From: Chiloscyllium plagiosum
Lineage: Eukaryota
Direction: 5' to 3'
NCBI RefSeq assembly: GCF_004010195.1
Contig: NC_057718.1
Span: 21,426,735 to 21,490,734 of the forward strand
Length of the DNA: 64,000 bases
Each line of letters begins with the position of its first letter. Within the stretch, counting starts at the first letter, position 1. The position numbers and the translations under genes are program-made. Shown in pieces: positions 25,591 through 40,500 of this stretch. Under the pieces are notes generated by a model. It made no database searches. It had not been told where the DNA came from and worked only from the letters and a program-made list of their open reading frames with translations.

Positions 25591-28500
25591 GAGAGAGAGA
25601 TGTGTGTTCTTGGAAGCCTGGTTTTCATTGAAAAAGGACATCAACAAACACAGAGATAGACTCCGTGTACAAACTGTTACAGAGAAGACCCAAAAATGAC
25701 ACTCACCCCAACAGAACAGGCCATATAAAAACCATCGGGACAGAACAACAGCGCTTCATTGAAGTAGCACAGATGATGTTACCCAGAATGGCAATGAAAT
25801 GGCTGCACGATAGCCCAGCTGCTCAGCAAGCTAACCAACTACCTTATTCATAATCCGATTTACAGATCTTCGCAAAAGCCCTCAACATCAGAAAATATTA
25901 AAATGTTCTTAAATTTCACAGATCTCCAACAATTTGCTAATGATATGAAAAGTTCTGCTTTAATTAACACCACTACTAGACTGTTTTTGGTTCGTTTTTA
26001 ACACTGCCTGGATTAGTTTGAATGTATAAATGTTTTGATAGCTTCTTTTAAAATCCATAAGTAAAAAAATGAACATTAATTTTTTTTTAAGTTTGTGTAT
26101 AAGTTGATGAGAATATTCAAGATCCCAATATATTTTATACTTAATGTTAATGTGAGCTTGCTGGGAAAATATTTGTTTATCATTTTTCAGGCAAAATGTT
26201 TCTGATTTTGTAATGCATCAAAATAATTAAGTTAATTAACAAAGGGAAAATGCAATGTGAAATGGGATTTAAGCTCCAGCATAGTGGTTTAATTGAAAGA
26301 GGAGCTTTGTACCACAGAGTGAGAAGACTTAAGATTCATATTCACATGTACGACTTCCATTCTCCCTCATCATCACAGACGCGTAGATGAATCAAGTTTT
26401 AGCTTTACACCTACTTTATGCATATGTTACATTTGAAGTAGGTATCCGCTAAACCTTTGTGTAAAAGCGTTTAAAATCAACATCATTACCCAGATGCCCT
26501 TTCCATACAAATCATTGTAGGAGAAAAGAGTTTTGAGCACACCTTGGCTATAACTACAAAAGTAGTGTGACTCAACCATCCTCCACTATTACATTTCTAC
26601 ACAACCACACAGTTTGCCTCTTAGACCTGCTCTGAAGTTTCTGGCAGAATTTATTTGCTGCAAAGTTGTTAAGCCATCAAAGGGCAATTGAAGCAACATG
26701 AGTTGCATTCTGTGATTGAAAACACATTGCCCCACTCCACTCATTTCAAAGCCTTACAAATTGGCATTAAATCAATTTAGTGTACAAAGCTAGAATTCAA
26801 AAAAAATGGAAGGAAGGTTTGTCCATAGCCTGTCAATAATTGTGTATAATATCATATTTTCTCTCCTGAAAGCAAGCTGAGATTTAGCACTGGGTTCAAG
26901 AAGCTTGAAGTTGACAGTTTTTTGTTTAAAATATAAAAGACAAGCCTCTCATGAACTATTTCCTTAGACTGAAGGCACTATACAATACTCTAGCTCTTAC
27001 TTTAATTCTTGAAGTGGATTCAGCAACATTTGCAGGGACTTCAGAAGAAGACCTAAACTTAGTTTCATATGTGGTATGTGAATCTGTGATATTAAATTTT
27101 AAACACAAGGATTTCTCAATTTATGAAATGCTAATTATAAAAACAAACCTCAAAATATTTCTAAATCTTGTATGAAGCTTAAAACGATGTATTGTCCTTC
27201 ATTGCGAGGGAGATAGAGTTTAAAAATAGAAAAGTAATGCTGCAACTGTATAAGATTCTGGTAAGGCCATATCTGGAATACTGTGTACAGTATTGGTTTC
27301 CTTACTTGAGAAAGGATGTTGTGGTTCTGTTCGCCGAGCTGGAATTCGTGTTGCAGACGTTTCATCCCCTGTCTAGGTGACATTCTCAGTGCTTGGGAGC
27401 CTCCTGTGAAGCGCTTCTGTGATCTTTCCTCCGGCATTTATAGTGATTTGTACCTGCTGCTTCTGGTTGTCAGTTCCAGCTGTCCGTTGCAGTGGCCGGT
27501 ATATTGGGTCGAGGTCGATGTGCTTATTGATTGAATCTGTGGACGAGTGCCATGCCTCTAAGAATCCCCTGTCTGTTCTCTGTTTGGCTTATCCTATAAT
27601 AGTAGTGTTGTCCCAGTCGAACTCATGTTGCTTGTTATCCGAGTGTGTGGCTACTAAGGATAGCTGGTCATGTCGTTTCGTGGCTAGTTGGTGTTCATGG
27701 ATGCGGATCGTTAGCTGTCTTCCTGTTTGTCCTATGTAGTGTTTTGTGCAGTCCTTGCATGGGATTTTGTACACTACATTGGTTTGCTCATGCTGGGTAT
27801 CGGGTCCTTCGTNNNNNNNNNNNNNNNNNNNNNNNNNNCTGCAGTGTGTTGTGGCCCTTTTGAACAGTGTCTTGATGCAACTTCTTTTGTGTGTGTTGGG
27901 GTGGTTGCTTTCGTAGTTTAGGACTTGCTTTGTGTTTGTGGCTTTATACCTGTATACCTTTGTAGTGAAATCTCCGCTCGGTGTTCTCTGTACCATCATG
28001 TCTAGGAATGGGAGTTGGTTGTCCTTTTCTTCCTCTCTAGTGAATCGGATTCCTGTGAGTGTGGCGTTGATGATCCGAGCTACGAGCACCCGAGCTACAA
28101 ATCTTCTCCCAAACTTTGAGAAAGGATGTACTGGCACCGGAGGGGCTGCACAGGAGGTTTACTAAGTTGATTTTGGGTTTGAGAAGTTGGCTCATGAGAA
28201 GAGATTGAGTAGGCTGGGACTATACTCATTGGAATTTAGAAGATTTTAGGAGGGGTAGTGATCTTACAGAAACAAAACTATGAAGGGAATATACAAGATA
28301 GAAGCAGAGGTTACATCCACTAGCGGCTGGAACTAGAACAAGAAGGTATAGCCTCAAAGTAAGGAGGTGCAGATTTAGGACAGAGTTGAGGAAGAATTTT
28401 CTCAACCAAAGGGTTGTGAATTTCTGAAATTCCCTGCCTAATGAAGCAGTTGAACCTACCTCGTTGAATATTTTGAAGGCAAAGATGTATACCAAAGATT

Positions 28501-31500
28501 TCAAACCAGTCATAAAAAAAAAGTCACTCCAAAAGCTAACATTATGCTTATTTTGAAAGAAACAAAAAGCATAACTTAATGGCAAGAGGAGACACTGGTT
28601 TTTTGGAACATGAATTTTTCAGTTATTAACAAATATAAATTATCTATTGTTAATTTCACAATCCAAAAGAATACATTTATGCCATTAATATGAATACTCA
28701 AGAGTCCTAATGTTAAATGATTAGGCAAACAATTTATATGTCTGAGAGCTCTTTTTCTCTATTACCAAAAAAGTAATGTGGTAGATTGGTCAGGAAGTGT
28801 GAAGTACGCTGAAAACATTTATAATGCAGATCTCCTCATTCTCTGAATGAAGGCATGTTCCCACGTCAGATGTTCTTAATCCTTAAGGGGACAGGTTTGC
28901 ATATCATGTGTCTTCATTTTAATAGGCACACATCCACAATATGTTAAAATCATTCAAAGTGGTTTAAAATTTAGATTATGGTTTAAGTGCATAGATTAAT
29001 GAATGTCAACTTTTAATGCTTTTCCATTAAAACATTTGTTTAAAATTAACAAATGACAAATTTTCTAGAATGTGTTGAGGATGTGACCAGAAGAGCAGAC
29101 AAGGGTGAATCAGCAGATGTTGTGTATGTGGACTTCCAAAAGGTTTTTGACAAGGTTCCACATAAGAGATTAGGAAGGAAGATTAATGCTCATGGTATCG
29201 GAGGTAACGTATTGACATGGATAGAGAACATGGCAGACAGGAAGGGGTAGAAAACTGGTTGGCAGACAGGACAGACAGAAATCAAGTTTGCAGACAAGAA
29301 GCAGAGTGTTAGAGTAAATGGGTCCTTTTCAGAGCAGCAGATAGTGACGAGTGGCGTCCCACAGGTTTCAATGCTGGGATCCCAGCTGTTCACAATATAC
29401 ATTAATGATTTGGATGAAAGAATTGAAAGCTATTTATCCAAATGTGCAGATGACTCTAAGCTGGGTGGCAGTGTGTGTGGTGAGGAGGATTCTCAGAGGC
29501 AGAAGGATGACTTGGATAGTCTGGCTGAATGGGCAAGTACTTGGCAAATGCAATATAATGTGGATAAATGTGAGGTTATCCACTTTGGTCACAAAAACAA
29601 GAAAGCAATTATCTGAATGGCAGCAGTTTAAGAAAAAGGTGAGGTGCAACGAAACCTGGGTGTTATGTTGGAACAGTTACTGAAGGTTGGTATGTAGGTG
29701 CAGCAGGCAGTGAGGAAAGTTAATGGCATGCTGGCCTTCATAGCGAGAGGATTTGAGTCTCAGAATATGGATGTCCTGCTGCAGTTATACAGGGCCTTGC
29801 TGAGGCCACACCTTGAATATTATGTGTAGTTTTGGTCTCCTAAACAATGGAAGGACATTCTTGCTATTGACTGATTCCAGCGAAGGTTCAACAGACTGAT
29901 TCCCGAGGTGGCAGGACTGACATAAGGAAAGACTGGATCAACCGGGCTTATACTTGCTGGAATCTAGAAGAATGGGGTCAGTCTAGATGCGGGAAGAGTG
30001 TTCCCAATGTTAGGGAAGAGGTGAGGAAGAATTTCTTCACTTAAGAGTTGTGAACCTATGGAATTCGCTCCCACAGGAAGTTGTTGGGGTCAGTTCATTA
30101 GATATATTCAAGAGGGATCTGGACATAACCCTTGTGGCTAAAGGGACCAAAGGATGTGGAGAGAGAGTGGGAATGTGATATTGAGATTGCACGATCACAT
30201 TGAATAGCAGTGCAGACTTGAAGGGCCAAATGGCCTACTCCTGCAGCTATTTCCTATGTTTCTGTGTTAAACTTTGACAAAAATCTATAGATTTGTAAAT
30301 TTATAAGTCAGAAAATCTTTTACCACTAAATCCTAATCAAAAAGTGTTGTTGCACTGGTGCATAGATAATAACAACCCAGCAAACAGTCCAATCATTGAC
30401 AGTATATTAGTTAAATTAAAAACAATTTAATTCTGCTAAAACCTAAATTTTATTTTCTCAATTAATCATACTACATAACATTTGCAATCAGAAATTCAGA
30501 AAATGCAGGAAGTGCATTCAATTAAAAAAGTAGAGTGCACTGTAACGAAGGGTCATATTTTCGAAAGGATCTTCTGAATACATTGGATTTACATCTCATC
30601 CACAGCATGAATTTGAATTCAAATTTTAATAACTCTAATTTAAAAACAACTTAATTTAATGGTGACCATTATGGTTCTCATTGCAATTAACTCAGTTAGC
30701 TCAACAGCTGGTTTGCAATGCAGAACCACAGCAACATTACACATACAATTACTGTATTGGCTGTGCTAAAGCCCCACCTTCTCAACTTTGCATCTAGCCC
30801 GAGATGTGTTTTCCCTCTAATGAGACAGTAGTCTATGGTCCCCTGGGATTAGAGTGACTTTCACTTTCAGGTTGCATCTGGGATGGAGTTCTTGCCAGGG
30901 TATATTGCTCATAGCTTTTTTGGGGTTTAACCTCACTCAGCAGGGATACAAGAACCAGGAGAGTATATTAGAAAGTAATATCAGAATGCATAACATTTTG
31001 GGAGGTTGATAGCACTAGAACAGAGAACTGATATGAGGAGTCAAAGGAAACAGTAACAATGTCTATAGTGCATATGCAACAAACTTTTATTAACTGGCAC
31101 CCTTGGGACCAGCAGTATGCCAGTTGATCAAATATACCAAATAATCAAGGGATCCACATATTCAATGTAAAAAACACACTATGTAAAAGAAACGTAATGC
31201 AGAAGATATACACATCACTGTTATACTTTATTTACAGCATTAATCACTTAAATAAAAATCACCAGCAGAGAGCCTTCTCACTTGCACCTTCAACTGACTA
31301 CTCGGACATCACAGTAAATTGTAGTATTTGAGGAGAAATTGACTCAAAATTGAAACAACAGCAAGTACTGTAATGTTGCTGTCACTCTGCATTGATATTT
31401 CATGTGGCCATTCAATTGAACAAGTAGGTTTACACTGAGGTAAATAAATTTTAAAAACTATAATAATTGGACAGAATAATAGAGTAAACTTGGCAATAAT

Positions 31501-34500
31501 TTTTCACAGTTTATTGAGAGTGGCATTTCCTAAAGTGCTGGTTAAACAAAGTTTGCTGTAGATAAACAAATGGATATAGTTAAGACGACAGGTCCAGATT
31601 GCCTAGTGGAATTATGATGCAGTGGTGATTAAGGAGACCTGGCTCAAGGCAGAACATGCCTGGGTGTTAAATATTCCTGGTTCAGGTGTTCAGAAAAAAG
31701 ACTGGCAATGTTAGTAAAAATACGTAAGGATTAGGAAGAGTTGGCAATTCAGGAGGAGCAGTATGGATTCAGGACAAAAAAGGGGAAATAAATATGAAGA
31801 CAAGTAGCATTGAAAAAGGTGTTAAATTAATATTTTCTAACTGCCTTTCCCTATGCCTAAGCCATGGTGTCAGAGAAGGAAACCCAATCACTGGAAAGGT
31901 TTTAAATTGATGAGGTTAAGGTTTCGGGTCAGCTGTCTGAAATCAAAGTTGGTAAGGTACTTGGACTAGATGAGATGCATCCAAGGAAACTGAAGGAAGG
32001 GAGAGAGTGAAAACTGCAGAAGCACTGGCAATAACCTTTAATCTTTCCTTGATTTGGGGGTGGTGAGAGGTCTGGGAATTACAGTGTGCCCTCATTCAAA
32101 AAGAGTTGTAAAGACAGGCCCAGCAATTACAGACCAGTCAGTTTAACTTTGGTGGTAGGAAATATCTAGAAACATTTATTCGGGATAGAATGAATAGTCA
32201 TGTGGAAAAATGAGTTAATTCAAAAGAGGCAGCACAGATTTGTTAAGGGAAAATCCTGTCTAAATAACTTAGAATTATTTTTCTTTGAAAGAAATAGCAG
32301 AGCTTGATGAGGGCAAGGCTGTTGACATGTGCACGGACTTTCAAAAGGTGCTCAACACAACGCCACACAACAGACTTGTAAGAAAGTGATGGATCACAGA
32401 ATAAAAGGGACACTAGCAACTTGGATATAAAGTTGGAAGAGTGATAGGAGGAACAGTAATGGTTAATAGGTACTTTTCAAGTTGGAGGAAGGTTTGTCGT
32501 GAGGTGACACACTTCAATACAAAAAAAAGATGGTACAGAATAAACTGTACTGTTCTAAAGATGGTAGACCAGCAAAAAGACCTGTGTGTATATATACACA
32601 TATATATATATATATATATCATTAAAGGTGGTAGAACAGGTAAACAGAGCTTTTAATACAACATACAGTATATTATACATAAGCTTCAGAGTGCAAGAGC
32701 AGGAACGCTATTCTGAACCAATATTCAATAGTGGTTAGGTCTCAGCTAGAGAACTGTGTATAGTTCTCTGCACCATGCTTTAGAACTGATGTGAATCCAT
32801 TTGAGACAGTGCAGTAAAAGGCTTGCAAGAATAATTCCAAGGATAATCAATTTCAAGTAGAGGGAGAAATTGGGATTATTTTCCTTAGAGAAGGGGGATT
32901 CAATATAGGTTTTAAAAATCAAGAAGGTCTGGATAGCATAAATAGGGAGAAACTGTTCTGGTTTGTAAAAACAGGTCGCATTTTTAAGTGTTTTGCAAAA
33001 GAAGTAAACGCGAGGTGAAAAAAAAACCATTCACACACCAAATGGTGTGGATTTGGAATGCTCTCCCGGTGAGAGTAAGTGTGGTGGAGGCAGGTTTAAT
33101 TGAGACAGTCAAGGTGGCATTGGATGATGACTATTTAAATAGAAACAACAGACAGTTGTGGGCGAAAGGCAAGAGGTTGGCACCAAGTCAAAATGATCAG
33201 ACAGCTGAAACATAATAGGCCAACTGGCCTCCTCCAGTACCATAACAATTCAGTGACTCTGAATTTAAAAGCACAGTATAGAATTCTGAAGGAAAAGCGT
33301 AAATGTAAAACCTAATAAGTGTTTGTACACATAATACATTGTGCACTACACCAAAAATATTTAGATTTTAATGCCTCGACTGTACTTATATTAGAAAATA
33401 TAAGTGTAATTGCCTTGGTACTGAATTTGCTGTCTAGTTATAACTAACTGAAGTTTCTGTCCAACTTTCCTTCAAATTTAGAAGAAAGATTGCCTGTTAT
33501 GTGCAATGGCAGATTTAGACATTACTAACAAAGAAAACTTTATATATTCTGGCGATTTTACTTCCCTATCATAATTGGAATTTGGATATCTGAATTGCAG
33601 ACACTGGAAAACACAGCTCAAGGACAAATGAACCGCAAGTGTTTCTGCAAAAGCTCCTTCATGTTAAGCTCTCAGCTTTTAAATAGATAAATCCCACAAT
33701 TGTTTGTACTTGTAAGGCCCAGTACATAATAAAGTATACTTTATATGCAGGAAGAACTGTACCTGGGAAAGCAGCTGTTTCATCTACTGCCTCCTTTCTA
33801 CTTGTGATGATGCGATTCTGTAAAAGCTTCATGTATTCAGTATTCTTTTCCTCTAATTTAGCCAATGGAAAATCTGGCATCATGTATAGGAAACAATTGT
33901 ACTGTGCTCTTTGCATTTGAAAACAAGAATATATATTAATAAAAAAATAGATAGTTTACAGCTACAATGGTTACCTTTAAAGCAATTACTGTCATAACTC
34001 ACAAGGGTAGTTTGTTGGAAATCAAATCCACTATTCCCAAAGGCATCACAAATGTAAAAAATGGATTAAACCATCAAACTGCCCAATTCTATGTAACTGT
34101 TTAATTCAGGTTAACAGAATGTACAAATCAGGATTTTTTTCTATTATTAGCAAAATAACTACTCATTGTAATCAGACTATTTTTAATCAATGGAAATAAG
34201 TGGACAAGTTGATTCGCCAATCTATAATTGTATAGTTTAAACTTTAGGAGAAAGTGAGAACTGCAGATGCTGGAGATCAGAGCTGAAAAATGTGTTGCTG
34301 GAAAAGCGCAGCAGGTGAGGCAGCATCCAAGGAGCAGAAGAATCAACGCTTATGCCCGAAACATCGATTCTCCTGCTCCTTAGTTTAAACTTTAACCCCT
34401 TTTTAAAAGTCCAATACACATACAATTAGACACACAAAAAGACAAGACCAGACACAAACATTATGGGTAGAGAGGATGAATAAAAATTGTCAGAAGCACA

Positions 34501-37500
34501 GTTCTGCCACAAATCTGGATCACAGATACTTATTGTTTTCTTTCAGGTTTGTGTTGATGATACAAGGTTGTGGACAGACCAATTCACAACCTTTTACACA
34601 GTGGTTGAGGATTTGCCTTTTCAGTGTCTGAGGTGATTTTCTCTGCGCCTCCTCAAGCTATAACACTATGCTGCATTTTGTTTCTTACCCTAATGTGCTA
34701 ACGTAAGGTATGATTTGTCTGGTTAGCATGAAAAACAATACTTTTCACTATCAGTACATGGGTTAATTAAAAAGAACAATGTTTATTCTGTTGTACTTTT
34801 GAACACCAATCTGCAAAAACACCCAAGTAGTAATGTTTGAGGTCATAATTTTGAAATTTTAATGCAAACATGAAAGGAAATTTGAAGGCTATTTAGCTTC
34901 TTCACTTGTTAATTTTATTCCAGCATTGAGCCTACCAGAATTCAAAGGATCATCAAAACAAATTTAAAGGATACAAATGGAATGAGGTAGTTTGCAAATA
35001 TCAACTTCCACCTGAGGACGAACATCTACCAGAATATGAGGAACACCTTGATCCAAAAGCTGTTTATATTCCTGAAATGATTGATTAGAAAAAAATAATT
35101 GTTAATAGCCAGACTTTGTGAACAATTTAATAGGTTCCTGTGGGTGATGTCAGTTTATGAACTTCAAAGTAAGTTGCAACATGAAAACTTGCCTCCGTAA
35201 ATCAACACAAACTTTGTTTTATTATCAGGCATATACAACATGTATATCAACATGTTTTCAATGACAAATACAGCTGCAATACTTCTACTGATAAACTCAT
35301 ATACAATGAAGTAGAAAATACTTGATATGGAAGTTAAAATTGCTTATCTTACCTGTACAGTTATTCTTTGTTCTCCAGTTAATAAATGAAGTGTCCTACA
35401 CTAAAATTGGAAAGTATAGGAAATGGGAGAGATCACGAGTTAGAATAACTAACAGGATATAGAGCTTTATACAGATAACATACACATTAATAGTTTACTG
35501 CAGATTTGAATAGGATAAAGGAATCATAGGACAGGCATTTTTGTTACACCACCTCTTCTACTTAGGAGACATAATTTAAATTGTACAAGAACATGCTATC
35601 ATCTCGGTTTTCAAAAACTCTCCATAAAGTCGGAATGTGATAGCCTAGTCGCATTAATCTCTAGACTGTTAATCCAGAGATCCAGGTAATATTCTGGGGA
35701 CCTAGGTTCAAATTCCACCATAGCAGATGGTTAAATTAAAAGTCTAATGATGACTACAAATCCATTAATCAATTGTTGGAAAAGCCCATCTGGTTCACTA
35801 ATGTCCTTTAGGGAAGAAAACTCCCACCCTTACCTCATTTGACCTACATGTGACTCCAGACCCACAGCAACGTGGTTGATTCTCAACTGTCCTCTGAGTA
35901 ATTAGGGATTTGCAATAAATGCTTGTCCAGCCAGCGACGCCCTGATCCCACGAATGAATAAAACTAATTGCCAACAATTGCATACCTCCAAACCAATTAA
36001 ATTTTTTTTTAGAGATTTCAAGAAATTATAACTATACAGAAAAAAGAGCATTCTCAGATGAACATACAGGACTCTATAGAGATGTGAAAATATCAGCTGA
36101 ACTGCTGACAACTCCATTAGCCGTGTCCACCATGGCCATCTGGTGGATATAGTACTAAATGAATATGATTGAAGGTCCTTATTTACTGGAATACAACATA
36201 ATGGATTTGTATGAAGACAAGGAAATACAAAGCTGGCAGATGCATTTATTCTAACTAGTACTGGCAAAACACAACTTTCAGAAAAGGCTGGGTGAATGGC
36301 ACGGGATCATGACAATGTTTGAAGTACATTTTGTGTGTTTAGAAGTTTGGAATATTTCCAGTGAATTCTTCATAGAATCTCTACAGCGTGGAAATAGGCC
36401 CTTCGGCCCAACAAGTCCACATCAACCCTCCAAAAAAGTATCCCACTCAAACTCATTACTCGACATTTACACCTGACTAATGCACCTAACCTAAACATCC
36501 CGGAACACAATGGGCAATTTAGCATGGCCAATTCACCTAACCTGCACATCTTTGGATTGTGGGAGGAAACTGGAGCACCCAAAGAAACCCCACGCAGACA
36601 TGAGGAGAATGTGTAAACTCCAAACAGACAGTCTTGCTAGGTAGATCATTGAACATCTAATTTTAAAAACATGCAGATATATTTAATGACAATCGACCTG
36701 AACATTTTATCTCTAAGAATCTGCGTTCCATTGTTGTGCTTGTGATTTAACTTGAAATAAAACTCAAGCTTCTCCCAATATCCACACTGGTTCATTAAAT
36801 ACCATCTGTAAATGACATCTTGACTCGCTACGCTACTCTAGGAGAAAGTGAGGACTGCAGAGCTGAAAATGTGTTGCTGGAAAAGCGCAGGTCAGGCAGC
36901 ATCCAAGGAGCAGGAGAATCGACGTTTCGGGCATGAGCCCTTCTTGGAAATTCCTCATTCCTGAAGAAGGGCTCATGCCCAAACATCGATTCCCCTGCTC
37001 CTTGGATGCTGCCTGACCTGCTGCGCTTTTCCAGCAACACACTCGCTACACTACTCTGACCATATCAATTTAGTTACACATGCAAATCCGACTAATTTGT
37101 GTTGAGTTTCTGAATCAAGTCCGTTGATCAGAAACAATAAGGGCCCTAGTGCTTATACTTACGTCACTGATTTCAGTAGATCTTCTAGTCCCACATAATT
37201 CCTTTACCTCGTACCTGCAAACATCTTTCAACTAGCTTTATGGCTGCTAATAAAGTTTATCCAGAAAAACACTGTAAAAAAGCTTGTGATCAAGCGTTCA
37301 TAAGGAATTTTAAGAATACTATATCTAAAGTTATCCAGCATTCCTTAGGATGTTCCTTCCTTTTAAGCAACAATATAGAATCAGTCTTCATGGCACAAGA
37401 AAATAATTTGGCTTTTTTTTTTAAATTGTGCCTCTAAGTGCATACTATCTACATTTATTGCAAAAATTCATCAGTTCAGATTCCTCTATTAAATTCCAGT

Positions 37501-40500
37501 TTCTCACTTGTCTGTCCATTTTCCTAGTCTTTATCCAATGAGAGTCAGTTGGCACCATCCTTACCATTTATACATCTTAGAGATTGTTGAATGCAAATAT
37601 TGAAATTTCTCTGTATCCCACAATCCAACTCATTTATATATGTCATTTTTAAACCAAGCTAACACTGAACCAACCTTTTGTCATACTCTGTCCAACCCTT
37701 TATTTCCATGCTAACAACATCAATTGTCTTCCTTTTCGCTATCTCTTCAATGAAAAATTGAAATCAGATTCACAAAATATAATCTGCCCGTTACAGATCA
37801 GTGCTGGATCGCTTTCATTAATTAAAATCTATCAATCAGTCTGTTGATCTTTTCCCTGACAATTGTTTTTCAAACTTTATCCACTACTAATATTAAACTT
37901 ACTGACTATAGTTAGGAGAAACATCCTTACCTTCATTGTTAAACAGGAGTGTCACATTTGTCACTTTTCAATCATCTGGCACTTCTCCTGTATCTCGAGA
38001 AGTTTGGAAGACTATGGCAAGTCTTTTCACTATTATCCCCACTTGCATTTCTGTTTGCAACCTCGACTGCAAGCCATTTGCTCAGCAATTTACCCACTGC
38101 AAGTACAGCCATCACTTCCTGTGCATCCTGTTTATCAATTTACACCTCACTCACAGCTCTCCCATCTCCACTTCCGCTAATACTTCATCAGCACCTCTTC
38201 TTTAGTAAACACTAATAGAAAGTGCACATTAAGCCTTGCTCTCCATCTCTAAACGTGTATCACTTTCTTGTCCCTGCCCATTTAATCCAGTGCTCCTAAC
38301 ATAAAAAAAAACAGAAGATTGACTTTGTGGCTTGGGCTCAGTACAAGTCAAATTGACAGATACCAAGGGATAGAAATAATGCAATGCATATGAACAACAA
38401 TGATAAGAATAACAGTAATGTATCAATTTGCAGATTTTATCTCGACCTATTAGAGGAATGTGTTTGAGTCTCCCTCACGTTCTGATTCATCAATGAGTGA
38501 CTTGCCCAGAATGTAGCCAGCTACCATTTCTGAAAATATTATTAACTTTTTAGCAAGCATAGGAACACATTTCTAACAGAGTACTTTTTTGATTTATAAA
38601 GTTCTATGTGCATTTTATCAGGTCACCTGGACAGCAGTGGATGATTTCTTCTGTTCATTATTATTAGTAAAATTTTAAACCATTTATATAAAATCAAGTA
38701 TGAATTAATTACAAACCGCAAACAGAAAACTCCTCTTCCTCTCTTATTAGTCAGGGTGAATATTTGTGGCAGCATAATGTACTGCTGCATCTATGAAAAG
38801 TTTGCAACACAATGGTAAATTGATTTTACATTCTCAATTCGCCAGGTGAGAATTCCACCCAGTATCGATGGCTATTCTCAATTACACTTTCAAAAGACAT
38901 CCATTAAGATTCTGCACAGAAGATTACTAAACATTAAAGTGCACTAAATTGGAGCTATCGAGTTGGTAAAAAATTGGAAGACAGGGAAGGAGGAAATCTT
39001 CCAATTGTTTAAAGGAAGTATTATTCCCCACAGATCTGCAATGGAACCTCAGCTTTTTACGACATATATTAAAGACATTAAGGAATAGTTACAAAATCAG
39101 AATTTGCTAGAAAAACTTAGCAGGTCTTGCAGCATCTGTGGAGCAAAAACAGAGTTAATGTTTCAAGTCCAGTGACCCAAAACATTAACTCAGCAGATTT
39201 GGCACCATCTGTGGAGAGAAAATAGAATTTTTCAAGAAGTTTCTGATTTTGTTTTTGATTTCCAGTTCTTTATCTTTTTTTGTTTAAATGATTGTTATAT
39301 AATTAAATTCTCAAATGATACAAAGTTAATGCAGTTAAGCTGCATACATGAGAACAGGAAAATTAAAAGGATCAAAGAATGAATTAATGAGCAAACGTGA
39401 TAGATGCTCAAAAGTGGGAAACAGCTTATCTGTTTTGGATCAAAAGTAAAAAAAGAATGCTTCTTCATGGGGCAAGACTGGGAGCCATTGAGGAACAAAA
39501 GGATTTCGGTCCTCTTGTACACAAATTAGTTAAACCTATTACAAAATGTAATCAAAAATGCTAATAGAATTTTGACCTTCGACTCAATGGTATTTTAATT
39601 CAACAGTAAGAACCAATGATTTAATTGTAGACATTTTTAAATCAACCTGCTCAGACATCTTATAGAAGAGATGGGTCCAGAGGTAGAGGCACTACCATGG
39701 CACTACAAATTATTGTTTTGTTAGAATTAATGGGTTGAATTGAGGCCAGATGGCATAACCTTGGTTTCTATTTGCTTGAGAGTTTAAAAAAGATCTGGAG
39801 TGTTGCTGAACAAAAAGACCTTGGCGTGCAGGTTCATAGTTCTTTGAAAGGGAGTCGCAGGTTGATAGGATGATGAAGGCAGCTTGATATGCTTTCCTTT
39901 ACTGGTCAGAGCATTAAATATAGGAGTTGAGACATCATGTTACAGCTGTACAGGACATTGGTTAGGCCACTTTTAGAATACTGTGTGCAATTCTCCACTG
40001 GAAAGATATTGTGAAACCTGATAAAGGTTTAGAAGAGATTTACAAGGATGTTACCAGGGTTGGAAGGTTTGAGCTAAAGGGAGAAGCTGAATAGGCTGGG
40101 ACTGTTTTCCCTGAAGCGGAGACTGAGAGGTGACCTTATAGAGGTTATAAAATCATGAGGGGTATGGATAAGGTAAATAGACAAGTCTTTTCCCCGGTGT
40201 GGGGAGTCCAGAACTCAAGGGCATAGGTTTAGGGTGAGTGGGGAAAGATTTAAGAGGGACCTAAGGGGCAACATTTTAATGTAAGGGTCATGGTACAGAC
40301 AACTTACTGTTCAGAATCATAAGGGAAGGAGGACAGAGAGGAGGCTTCCTGTTTCCCCCGTGACTCTTACTCAACTCACTCCTGAACTGAATTGAACTGC
40401 ACAACTAAAGAGCAAGCCACGCCACCTTGACTATATCGAGTTTTCAGGCCAAAAACCTGAAAGGTCTTTTGAAGTACTGTCTGTTAGGGTAAACCACAAG

